Assembly (NCBI GenBank): GCA_016186945.1
Contig: JACPKR010000032.1
Span: 10,198-74,197, forward strand
Direction: 5' to 3'
From: Deltaproteobacteria bacterium
GTDB lineage: Bacteria; Bdellovibrionota_B; Oligoflexia; Oligoflexales; Bog-1112
Length of the DNA stretch: 64,000 nt
Shown: positions 28,240 to 36,950 of the stretch, in pieces
Position numbering within the stretch: position 1 is the first letter of the stretch
Layout: each line of letters opens with the position of its first letter
Position numbers and translations under genes: made by a program
Notes under the pieces: generated by a model
Database searches by the model: none
Told to the model about the DNA's origin: nothing
The model's input: only the letters and a program-made list of their open reading frames with translations

Positions 28240-29220
28240 TCATTTATTGGCACGAAGGTGAGGGCATTCCTGAACAACGCCAGCCTCAATGTTTGCCAAC
28301 ACTTGGTACGTATGCCGCGCAATGGTATCAAGCATGTTCTGGACGGAAAAAGAGGAGTCTAGCCCATACCGTTTGATGAGGTGCGCATCTGCTGCCATGT
28401 CGAATTCCTGGTCTTTCAAAATAGACTTAATGATCTCCTCTTGGAGAAGGCTAAAGGGTTGGCTGGAGATGAATAAAAGGGGTCTGTTCTTCAGCAGACT
28501 CGCATGTTTCTGAAGGAGGTCTCGAATTGTATCTTCCGTTCTCGCTCTTGCCTGCCCTGCTGGGGCGAGGGTATTGAGGATCAAAGGTTTCGGCCATTGA
28601 GGGGGAAGAGCGGCATGTTTGAAAAGGTAAGCCCAGGCTTCCGCTTCCGTTTTGGGAAGGCTCTCGTCTGCGTTCCGTTGTGTCGTCAGCAGCGGGGGCA
28701 GGAGAAAATTTGTCAGAGTTTCTTTTGATTCAAATTTCGGATCAAGAGGTCTATCGCTTCCGAGTGCAAGCAAAGCATCGAACGACAAGCCGGAATTATG
28801 AAGAGTAAGCAGATTTGCTAATCTGTCCGCATTGTTTGTAAAGGTTGAACCTAGAAGAACTACCGTCCCATACTTTCTGCTTGGCGGAACCACAGGATCG
28901 AGGTAACTTGAGTAGGTTTTTAGCAGCTCAGAAACTTTCTTATAATTTCGCCCGTCCTCTTTTATGTGAAGCCTTTCGCTTTTCCGCAGAAGGTGCGTTT
29001 GAAAGCAAGCATTTAATTCGCGAAGATTGTCTCCACATGAGATTTCCAAGTGTTCACGAAGCTCGTCAATTTCACTCCGAAACGCTTGGCAAGACGGACT
29101 GGACAGTATCTTCCCTATCTGTTCGCCAATTACACTTTTTCCTGCCGAAAAAGCTTTTGTGCCAGACAGAAACAGTACCGCAATAATTAGTTTATTCAGT
29201 GGTTTCAAAGACTTACCCAA
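28240..29220 (-). CDS. Secreted hypothetical protein (326 aa)
   Basis: Signal peptide MGKSLKPLNKLIIAVLFLSGTKAFSA. No confident family. Confidence 0.55.
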   Translation of the reverse strand: MGKSLKPLNKLIIAVLFLSGTKAFSAGKSVIGEQIGKILSSPSCQAFRSEIDELREHLEISCGDNLRELNACFQTHLLRKSERLHIKEDGRNYKKVSELLKTYSSYLDPVVPPSRKYGTVVLLGSTFTNNADRLANLLTLHNSGLSFDALLALGSDRPLDPKFESKETLTNFLLPPLLTTQRNADESLPKTEAEAWAYLFKHAALPPQWPKPLILNTLAPAGQARARTEDTIRDLLQKHASLLKNRPLLFISSQPFSLLQEEIIKSILKDQEFDMAADAHLIKRYGLDSSFSVQNMLDTIARHTYQVLANIEAGVVQECPHLRANK

Positions 29221-29382
29221 TGATGATAAAGGTGATGAAGCAAATGGGGAAATGAATAGCAGAAAAGGGAAAAGGAGGCCACTGCAATAGTCTTCTTGAA
29301 AAATAGATTTTTCTTGTTAGTTCCCCATCGATCAGATAAAGAGGTCAGAATCGAAAACCTACAGCTTGGAAAGGAGTCTAAA

Positions 29383-29406
29383 ATGGGCGACTCAATGGCA
29401 AATTAA
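29383..29406 (+). CDS. mccA: Microcin C-like heptapeptide precursor, MGDSMAN (7 codons + stop)
   Basis: ATG GGC GAC TCA ATG GCA AAT TAA, preceded by AAGGAG (29371-29376) with a 6-nt spacer. It ends in Asn as E. coli MccA (MRTGNAN) does. It lies 90 nt upstream of an MccB-like gene. It is too short to appear in the ORF track. Confidence 0.7.
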   Translation: MGDSMAN

Positions 29407-29496
29407 AAACAATGGCGGAACCATGGGTTTTTGGAGACCTTTAGCTCCGCCAACCTCTTATTACTAAAAAAAACCAATTTTAACGGCCTACACTAC

Positions 29497-30519
29497 ATGA
29501 AATTCAAGTTAGCACCTTATGTGCGAATAGGGTTCCAAAAAGAAGAACTTCATTTTGGATTCGGTTCGATTCAAAAAATTGTAAAAGAAAAAGAGCTGCA
29601 AGAAGCTTTGATCTCGTCTGCAAAATTCTTGAATTCTTATGAATCTTTGCAGAGTTTGGAATCCCATTTGAAGAATGAAGGATTCCAAGATGAGATTATT
29701 AAAAAGAACGTCCATATTATGGAAAAAAACAGGCTACTGATTTCTGAAAATATTTGGCAAAAAAATGATCGCCATAGTCGAACAAAGCTATTTCTTAATA
29801 TGTATACAGACCAAGTTGATAAAACTCTAAAAGCGATACAATTTAGACATATTGGTATTGTTGGGTGTGGAGGAATCGGTAATATTGTAAGCGTAAATTT
29901 GGCGACCATTGGGGTAACTAAATTCACACTCGTCGACGACGACTCTATTGAAGAAAGCAATCTTTCAAGACAATTTTTATTTAAAGAATCTGATTGTCAA
30001 AAATCAAAGGCCAAAACTCTTGCGAATGCATTAAAAGAAAGATCTCACAACGTAGACATAGATATTGTTGATTGTGCGATAACTGAAAAAAACGTAAATT
30101 TGCTATCTAATTGCGACTTTATTGTTCTTTCTGGTGACAGCAAAAATTTACCTTTTATCATTAACAAATTTGCAGTTGAGAGGAAGATACCCTTCATCAA
30201 TGTTGGATATATTCAAGATATCGCGGTATGGGGCCCTCTTGTGGTGCCAGGAGAAACAGGTTGCCTCGAATGTGGAAAGGGTAATTTTACTGAACAAAGT
30301 GATCTGCGAATTACAAAGATCAATGGTAACTATCAGGCTCCATCGATTGGTCCGGTTAACATGATTGCCGCCTCCCACGCGTCATTAGATATTATCAAAT
30401 TCATCGGAGGCTTTGGCGAAGTAAAAAGCTTAAATAAACGGGTTGGAATTTGGACTCATAACCTGACAATACAGGAACAGATTTTTTCTAAAAACAGTGA
30501 ATGCAGAGTATGCCATTAA
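29497..30519 (+). CDS. mccB: MccB-like ThiF/E1-family peptide adenylyl(nucleotidyl)transferase
   Basis: ATG 29497 (MKFKLAPYVRIG...; TTG 29431 in the track is probably over-extended). N-terminal ~125-aa non-E1 domain (a peptide-clamp/RRE-like position). IGIVGCGGIGNIVSVNLATIG, EESNLSRQFLF, PFINVGYIQDIAVWGPLVVPGETGCLEC and the C-terminal ECRVCH second Cys pair. By-eye collinear with E. coli MccB as I recall it (not a computed alignment). Confidence 0.85.
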   Translation: MKFKLAPYVRIGFQKEELHFGFGSIQKIVKEKELQEALISSAKFLNSYESLQSLESHLKNEGFQDEIIKKNVHIMEKNRLLISENIWQKNDRHSRTKLFLNMYTDQVDKTLKAIQFRHIGIVGCGGIGNIVSVNLATIGVTKFTLVDDDSIEESNLSRQFLFKESDCQKSKAKTLANALKERSHNVDIDIVDCAITEKNVNLLSNCDFIVLSGDSKNLPFIINKFAVERKIPFINVGYIQDIAVWGPLVVPGETGCLECGKGNFTEQSDLRITKINGNYQAPSIGPVNMIAASHASLDIIKFIGGFGEVKSLNKRVGIWTHNLTIQEQIFSKNSECRVCH

Positions 30520-31712
30520 ACTTAAAATTATTACTCATTGGCAATAGCTTGTTTGAAGGAGGCAGATTGTCCGTAGGGGCTATTAGTGTACTGTTTTTGC
30601 TTGATAAGGGTTTGAGCCTATCTGATTGCGCTTCGTTAAAGTTAGTTCAAGTTGCTACATTCCTAACCTGTGACATCCCCTTGGGACTATTTTTAAACAA
30701 GATAGGTCCATTAAAATCAATGAAATGGGCCTTAGTCCTAGCAATTACAGGGTGTTTAGGCTATCTGTTATCTCAATCGTTTCTGGGGTTTCTTATTGCC
30801 GAGTTTTTTACTGCCCTATCCATTTCTATTTGGCCTGCCGCATCATCTGCTTATGGCATGGACGCACTGGAAGGTGGAAGCTATTCCAAAAATACATTCT
30901 TTCACCAAGCCAGTTCAGCCGCCTCTCTTTCTACCTTTCTATTTGGTGTAGCTGGTGGTCTTATTTATATCGTTCAGATACAACTACCTTATTTTCTCAT
31001 TCTTATTGCGATGTCTGTCGGTCTCCTGATAACGCTTAAGTTAAAATCAGAGGTAAAATCCGATGTAAAATCAGTTGTTATAAGCCCCAGAAATTTTCAT
31101 ATTAAACATATAACGAAATATTTCAAATTATGGCCCGTTGTAAGCGTCTTGATTATCATTCAGTTTTTTTCACAAATGCAATTACATTACTGGCAACCTT
31201 TATTAAGAGATCTCAACTTGAATGGACCTCAATGGATATTTTCAGCAGCGTTTGGATGTATCACGCTTATAATGGCATTTTCATCTTACCTCTATTCCAG
31301 GGTCTGTGAAAAAGAAGCCATGAAGAATATGAGAACAAATCTATTTCTGTTGCTAATTTTGGGGATATCGGCGTCTTTGTTGTTTTACACGTATACGTAC
31401 GTCTCGGCTTTTTTACTTATAGGGCTTCTTTATTCAGTGTCGAAGATAGCAAGCACGTCAGTGTCCGTTCAGATCCAAGAAAGCATCGATTCAAATGAGA
31501 GATTGGCCGTTATTAAAACAGTATCTTGGGCAGCACGATTAGGAATGGTCCTCTCCCTCAGTATTATCTCTATTTTATTAGACAAGTTTTCAGTTAAAGA
31601 AATATTCGTCATATTTGGCCTAATAATGATCGTCTTTTCGATGATTTATTTGTTGACAATTAGCCTTGATGTTGGCATCAACCACAAAGAAAATGTAAGG
31701 ATCTTTAAATGA
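30501..31712 (+). CDS. mccC: MFS efflux transporter, MccC-like position
   Basis: 403 aa with ~12 TM. Its start overlaps the mccB-like 3' end (ATG 30501 or 30510). Same order and size as the MccC exporter. Confidence 0.75.
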   Translation: MQSMPLNLKLLLIGNSLFEGGRLSVGAISVLFLLDKGLSLSDCASLKLVQVATFLTCDIPLGLFLNKIGPLKSMKWALVLAITGCLGYLLSQSFLGFLIAEFFTALSISIWPAASSAYGMDALEGGSYSKNTFFHQASSAASLSTFLFGVAGGLIYIVQIQLPYFLILIAMSVGLLITLKLKSEVKSDVKSVVISPRNFHIKHITKYFKLWPVVSVLIIIQFFSQMQLHYWQPLLRDLNLNGPQWIFSAAFGCITLIMAFSSYLYSRVCEKEAMKNMRTNLFLLLILGISASLLFYTYTYVSAFLLIGLLYSVSKIASTSVSVQIQESIDSNERLAVIKTVSWAARLGMVLSLSIISILLDKFSVKEIFVIFGLIMIVFSMIYLLTISLDVGINHKENVRIFK

Positions 31713-32263
31713 AAGTTGTCATTTTATGTATATTGCAGTCTCTATTTTTAACTTCAATAGGTTTTGGATCTGAAATGTATATTGAACTCAGAAACTTCGA
31801 GGAACGCGACTTGCCGGATTTTTATGAATGGGCGTCTGATCCCGATGTGACCCAGTTTTTAATGTGGGATAATTATAAAAACAAAGAAAGCGCCAGGGAA
31901 TTTTTGGTTAGGGTAGCGATACCTCATCCATGGTTGAAGGCAATCGTTTGTGACGGAAAAGTGGTTGGTTCTATCTCCTTAGAACCAGGAAAAGGTTCTA
32001 AACAAAAAGTAGCTGAAGTCGGTTATGTTATTGCGAAGAAATATTGGAGTCGGGGTATTGGGACAGCTGCTCTCAAGGCAGCATTAAAAACTGGTTTTGA
32101 CGATTTAGATCTTGTCAGAATCGAAGCGTACGTGGATCCATGCAATCTGGCATCCATCAAAGTTATTGAAAAAAGTGGTATGACGCGGGAAGGATACCTT
32201 AGAAAGTGCATTCTGCAAAAAGGAGTTATAAAAGACAGATTGCTCTACGCTTTGACCCGTTAG
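31709..32263 (+). CDS. RimJ/RimL-type GNAT N-acetyltransferase (MccE C-terminal-domain-like self-immunity candidate)
   Basis: ATGA overlap with the MFS gene. GNAT core VVGSISLEPGKGSKQKVAEVGYVIAKKYWSRGIGTAALKAAL...RIEAYVDPCNLASIKVIEKSGMTREG. The true start may be MYIELRNFEE (31775). Confidence 0.8.
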   Translation: MKVVILCILQSLFLTSIGFGSEMYIELRNFEERDLPDFYEWASDPDVTQFLMWDNYKNKESAREFLVRVAIPHPWLKAIVCDGKVVGSISLEPGKGSKQKVAEVGYVIAKKYWSRGIGTAALKAALKTGFDDLDLVRIEAYVDPCNLASIKVIEKSGMTREGYLRKCILQKGVIKDRLLYALTR

Positions 32264-32289
32264 GGTTGGTGTCGCGAGTTCTGCTAAGA

Positions 32290-33615
32290 TTATCCAGTTT
32301 TTTGCAAGTTCTGAATGAGACCGAGAGTGGTACGGACTTCATGGTATGAGACGGTCTTTTCTTTGAAGTGAGCGAGAAGGATTTCCTGCTCTTCTTTGCC
32401 CACCTGAAGCTGTTCGAAGATGTTGCGAATATGAAGTTTCATGTGTCCTTTTTGAATTCCGGATGTGATGAGCGAATTGACTGCGGAAAAATTCTGCGAC
32501 AATCCCACTGACGCTACGATCGCCATCAATTCCTTGGCGGAAGGGTTCCGTAAAAGTTCCATAGATATCTGCACAAGTGGATGGTTGCGGGTTAGGCCGC
32601 CGATTGTTCCAAGAGCGAGTGGTATTTCAAGTTCGTAATGAAACTCACGATTTTCCACAAAAACCGTTGTTAATGCTTGGTAGCTCCCTTTCCTGCAGGC
32701 GTATGCATGGCCACAGGCTTCCACACTGCGGAAGTCATTCCCCGTTGCCAGGATGACGGCATCAATGCCGTTAAAGATACCTTTGTTATGAGTTACGGCA
32801 CGGTCTGGGGTGATATTGGCAATCTTGACAGCGAAATTAAATTTCTCGCAGTACTCGTGCTCAGTAAGGGTAGGGTCGAATCTGAGTTCTTCGATGGGAC
32901 AGCTGATTTTCGCTTTCACGAGACACTCGGGGGTATAGTTTGACAAAATCGCCATGACGATTTGGATATCGTGCCCCCCTTGGTCAAATTTGGGCCAAGT
33001 GCTTGCTTTTTCCTTAAATTTGAGCGCATAGGTTTCCAAGAGTGAGTTTATAAAATTGGCGCCCATTGCATCACACGTGTCGACCTCGAATCGAATTTGG
33101 TAGTAATGCTCGATCTTAGCCGATGTGTCGACCAGATGAATCCGACGGATACCTCCCCCTCGACGTTCCATCTTTTCTGTGAGGGGGCTCATCTCCCCAA
33201 CAATAGCATTTCTGCTTGTCTCAAAAAATTCAGACAACATTGCGAATGGTGCTGAGGACTTCAAATGCACGTGGCCTACTTTCAATGTGTTGACAATCTC
33301 AGCTTGGAAGCCCCCTCGCTCGGCCCATAGCTTCGCACCCTTTGAAGCTGCCGCGACGACGGAACTTTCCTCGGTGACCATCGGTACGTGATAAACCTGT
33401 CCGTTGATTAGAAAGTTAGGTGCAATACTGTACGGAAGATAAAAACTCGATAGAACATTCTCGCTTATACGATCAATCGACGATTGGATCGTGTCATCCT
33501 CATGTCTGAACTTCCGGAGACGCTCCTTGAGTTCATCCGAAAGGCTAGTGTCGCGTGACAGGGTTTCGACTTTTTCCTGCCAACTAAGCTTCGAAAAATT
33601 TCTAAGAATGTTCAT
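32290..33615 (-). CDS. mvaA: Class II (bacterial-type) HMG-CoA reductase
   Basis: 441 aa with TEESSVVAAASKGAKLW, DAMGANFINS, NKGIFNGIDAVILATGND, GTIGG. Pattern of class II HMGR. Confidence 0.85.
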   Translation of the reverse strand: MNILRNFSKLSWQEKVETLSRDTSLSDELKERLRKFRHEDDTIQSSIDRISENVLSSFYLPYSIAPNFLINGQVYHVPMVTEESSVVAAASKGAKLWAERGGFQAEIVNTLKVGHVHLKSSAPFAMLSEFFETSRNAIVGEMSPLTEKMERRGGGIRRIHLVDTSAKIEHYYQIRFEVDTCDAMGANFINSLLETYALKFKEKASTWPKFDQGGHDIQIVMAILSNYTPECLVKAKISCPIEELRFDPTLTEHEYCEKFNFAVKIANITPDRAVTHNKGIFNGIDAVILATGNDFRSVEACGHAYACRKGSYQALTTVFVENREFHYELEIPLALGTIGGLTRNHPLVQISMELLRNPSAKELMAIVASVGLSQNFSAVNSLITSGIQKGHMKLHIRNIFEQLQVGKEEQEILLAHFKEKTVSYHEVRTTLGLIQNLQKTG

Positions 33616-33788
33616 TTTTCAAAAAACTCATCCTTCCCGACATATTTATAACGTCGGTTGTCTCAAGAGAAAAATTTAATACTCCATATTTAACGTTTAA
33701 ATTCAATATGTTGTAAAAAACAACTCAACCCACATTGCCTTCCTCCGAACATGGCTCCGATCAACCAATTCACTAGCAGGAGTCAAAA

Positions 33789-34757
33789 ATGGCAGCACCC
33801 GCTTTGAAATTCCAAAAACTGCCGGAAGGTCTCATTGATTGGAAAGAACTCATCGACCGTTTTAACTTTGCCCGTTCGAAACTTTTCGGCCAGATAGGAA
33901 GAAGAAAGGACTATCTTTGGAACTGGGTATTCACAGCTGCCAAAACAACACAAATGAGATCCCCCAAAAAGTCTCTTGACCCTAGCCTGGACGAAATAGC
34001 AAACACGGCTAAAACTATCGGGGTTATGTGGGATGTCTTCATGGATGACATCGCGGACGAGTATCTTCCGACCGAACGAGCGGAGCTGATGCTTGATGTC
34101 GCTTTCAACAAGGCTAGCAATAAAAGACTGTCTGCAAACGAGCAGGCGTACCTGCGTGAATGTGAAAATTGCCATAAACTGGTCTTTGAGCTTGCACGAA
34201 AACTTCCCGGCTACAAAAGACACGCTTTGGCTCTCCGACGCGAATATATGCAGATTAGAAAGTGCTTTTCTTATTCGTTGGAGACAAGGCAGAATTTTCA
34301 GGCAATAGACTTTACCAAGTACGTTCAAATCATGTCAAACAATATGCATATGATTGCAAATGGTGTTATTGACTTGATGAAGCTCGACTATAAGGAAACG
34401 TTTTTCGACAATCCTCTGTTACGAAAAATGTTCGTCTTTGGACAAAGGATGGGCCGCATTGGAAATGCTACGACAACATATGAGTACGAAATAGAGAGGG
34501 GTGACTACACAAGTGAAATATTTGCCCTGGCCATAAGTCTGGGTCTATTGGATAGCGATTCTTTTGAAGATCCTAAGCGCGTTTTAGCCTCAGTTTATAA
34601 TGCTGATCTGGAAGCAGTTCTTTGGACTTTCTGGAAGGGCTACCGTTTTCAATTAATGGAACTGGCTCCGTCCCTCCCTTCCCTGGACATCAAGTCATAT
34701 GTCGCGGGGTTGGAAAAACTTCGCTTGCTTCATCTTGGAAGTCGAGGAAAAAAATAG
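33789..34757 (+). CDS. Class I terpene-synthase-like protein (DDxxD + NSE-type metal-binding motifs)
   Basis: 322 aa, all-helical in appearance. DDIAD at aa 86-90 and N226-x3-T230-x3-E234 (GNATTTYEYE) are 140 aa apart, the canonical spacing of the two Mg-binding motifs of class I terpene cyclases. Divergent from mvaA. Confidence 0.5.
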   Translation: MAAPALKFQKLPEGLIDWKELIDRFNFARSKLFGQIGRRKDYLWNWVFTAAKTTQMRSPKKSLDPSLDEIANTAKTIGVMWDVFMDDIADEYLPTERAELMLDVAFNKASNKRLSANEQAYLRECENCHKLVFELARKLPGYKRHALALRREYMQIRKCFSYSLETRQNFQAIDFTKYVQIMSNNMHMIANGVIDLMKLDYKETFFDNPLLRKMFVFGQRMGRIGNATTTYEYEIERGDYTSEIFALAISLGLLDSDSFEDPKRVLASVYNADLEAVLWTFWKGYRFQLMELAPSLPSLDIKSYVAGLEKLRLLHLGSRGKK

Positions 34758-34768
34758 GCCCGTCATTT

Positions 34769-36031
34769 TTACGAAAAAGCGGAAGGGAGTTGGATGGTGA
34801 TTTCAGTCCCGTGGTCGGTCGTTTCAGGGGTCTGCTGCTTAGACTGAATGATTAGGTTACCCCCGTAGAGCGTGACGAAATTGCGAGCGAGTGTCATACC
34901 GAAGCCAAGGCCCTCTTCTCCGTCAGTCCCGACTCGGACGTAATTGCCGTGTCCTTCTCTTATTTGTTTCATGATTTCATCTGGCATACCTATTCCTGTG
35001 TCTTTGACCTTGATCGTAACGCCACTATCTGATCGGCAGGCTTCGATATTAATGCAGCCTTGTTTTGTGAATTTAATCGCGTTGAATACAAGGTTAGCGA
35101 TGACTTGATTTTTTAAGGTTTTTTCTTCCGCAATGCAGAAAAGTTCGGTCTCCTTGTTGAGAAGAAGCTTCAGTTGCAGCCCTTTGCGTTCTGCTTCGTC
35201 GTGAAATCTGTCGTGTATTTTTTCGAGTACTTCGACGACGCTTACAGGTTTGAGTTCTACTTGAAGATTATTGAGGCCATAGCGTTCAAGGAGGCGAACG
35301 CTGACAAGCATTTCATTGATCGAGTCCGCACCTTCTCGAACTCTTCTCAAAAAGACGTCAGCACCCTCTCCTTGCAAGCGGGAGACGAGTTTATCAGCCG
35401 AAATCATGATAACCATGAGTGGGTTGACTATGTCATGGCACAGGACTTTGACAAGAAGTTTGCGTTCCTGGAATAACTCATCTGTTCGATCCAGGTTTGC
35501 TTGAAGTTTCGTTTCATACCGGATCAGCGCTGCTTTGAAAAGAATCATGCTACCTATGAGGGCGCATGCCGCGATGAATATGCTTATGAAGCTGAGGACA
35601 TGTAATAAGCCTGTGTCTAATGCTGTGTAGAGGGGTGTTGCTTTATCGAAGTTAATGGCAATGGTGCTATATGCCCCCCAAATCGCGAGACCCAACAAAA
35701 TGTGTTTTCTCTCGTACAACTCAAAGATCAGCAGGGGTAAAGTCGATAGGCAGACGTGGAGGATGAGGATGTTTGATTCCAGCCCGAACGTAAGAATGTT
35801 GAAAGTGGTTGCACTATATATGATGAAGAGCAGAGCGTACTTAGCCGTAGTTGTAAATCCAAATTCGCTGATGGGGATGGGTAGAATGAAGATCGTAGCG
35901 AAGATTGCAGGTTGATACCATGCCCAGTGGATGTCGAATAGATAGAAGCAAAGACTCACGACATAGCCGAGTAAGCTGAGGTAGATCGTGATGATCTTAA
36001 GGAGTTCCTTCGTATCTAGTTTCTTCTCCAC
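34769..36031 (-). CDS. Membrane-bound sensor histidine kinase (orphan)
   Basis: Six N-terminal TM helices. H-box LVKVLCHDIVNPL, N-box VIANLVFNAIKFT, G-boxes DTGIGMP and GLGFGMTLA. Confidence 0.85.
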   Translation of the reverse strand: MEKKLDTKELLKIITIYLSLLGYVVSLCFYLFDIHWAWYQPAIFATIFILPIPISEFGFTTTAKYALLFIIYSATTFNILTFGLESNILILHVCLSTLPLLIFELYERKHILLGLAIWGAYSTIAINFDKATPLYTALDTGLLHVLSFISIFIAACALIGSMILFKAALIRYETKLQANLDRTDELFQERKLLVKVLCHDIVNPLMVIMISADKLVSRLQGEGADVFLRRVREGADSINEMLVSVRLLERYGLNNLQVELKPVSVVEVLEKIHDRFHDEAERKGLQLKLLLNKETELFCIAEEKTLKNQVIANLVFNAIKFTKQGCINIEACRSDSGVTIKVKDTGIGMPDEIMKQIREGHGNYVRVGTDGEEGLGFGMTLARNFVTLYGGNLIIQSKQQTPETTDHGTEITIQLPSAFS

Positions 36032-36098
36032 AGACCTCCCACAAGTGTTCAGACCCCCTTTTTTAAGATTCGGAAAATTGTGGGAAAAAGATTAGCTA

Positions 36099-36233
36099 TT
36101 CTTGGAGGAACCAGCTGCGCAGTTTCCTCCAAACCACCTCCTTGCTGGGGGGGCGCAGTTTCCTCCAAACCACCTCCTTGCTGGGGGCGCAGTTTCCTCC
36201 AAACCACCTCCTTGCCACGAGCGGCTTACTGAG
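36099..36233 (-). repeat. MITE-derived fragment with its half-core tandemly triplicated (~36-bp unit x3)
   Basis: CGCAGTTTCCTCCAAACCACCTCCTTGCTGGGGG repeated three times after TTCTTGGAGGAACCAGCTG. It ends in a degenerate TIR (CCACGAGCGGCTTACTGAGG). Confidence 0.8.
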
Positions 36234-36391
36234 GCAGAGCTTTTTCCAGTCAAGCCTGGGGCTTGGAGATTTTTTGAAAAATGGTTAAAGTCTGGAGGGA
36301 GAATTGACGTTTAGAAAATTAAGACATCAGAGGAAACTCGCTTCTTGGTTTCAGGGACATTAGAGAGCATTTGAGACAACAAGGGGGGCGT

Positions 36392-36940
36392 ATGAAAACA
36401 ATAAATACGGTGCTGGCGGTCCTGCTAGCGTTTTTTGTCCATCAGGATTTGCTAGGCAAAAAAAATACAATGTACGTCAGTTTCGAGAATGCGAGTTGCT
36501 TCAATGCAGACTTTTCTCAATACCCTGCTCAGATAAGGTATTTCGGTAGCGACGAAGTTCGACTTGTCCCCTTTGGCCCCGCAGTGATCAACTGGACAGT
36601 GACGTTAGCATTCACACCGATCGGGATTCAATTTGTTGAGGGTGCATTCGTTTATACGTTCAGGAGTGGCAACCAAATAAGCGGGAACTACACAGGAGCG
36701 ACCGTAAATCCGTTCACCGGGGAGTACACTTTGGAATGGACCTTTACTGAAGGGTCCGGTGGTGTTTTTGAGATAGTCGATGAGGGTGTGGGAGAGACTG
36801 CTGGGATCGTCGACTTATTCAGTTTTTGTGCGGAGTATCGGTTCTCAGGGACGCTTGACAAGGATCCCAAGGATGGTGGAGAGTTTGCCCAAGCTGCCAG
36901 ACGAGCAGCAAAGGCAGTTGCTGCATCGCTGAAAAAGTAG
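36392..36940 (+). CDS. Secreted hypothetical protein (182 aa)
   Basis: ATG 36392 gives MKTINTVLAVLLAFFVHQDLLG (signal-like). No family recognised. Confidence 0.55.
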   Translation: MKTINTVLAVLLAFFVHQDLLGKKNTMYVSFENASCFNADFSQYPAQIRYFGSDEVRLVPFGPAVINWTVTLAFTPIGIQFVEGAFVYTFRSGNQISGNYTGATVNPFTGEYTLEWTFTEGSGGVFEIVDEGVGETAGIVDLFSFCAEYRFSGTLDKDPKDGGEFAQAARRAAKAVAASLKK

Positions 36941-36950
36941 CTGTGGTCGA

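Noticed and set aside
28240-29220. The 326-aa protein next to the mcc-like cluster as an MccF-type immunity peptidase.
   Set aside because: It has a signal peptide, I could not find the S66/LD-carboxypeptidase Ser-His-Glu motif pattern, and it is on the opposite strand.
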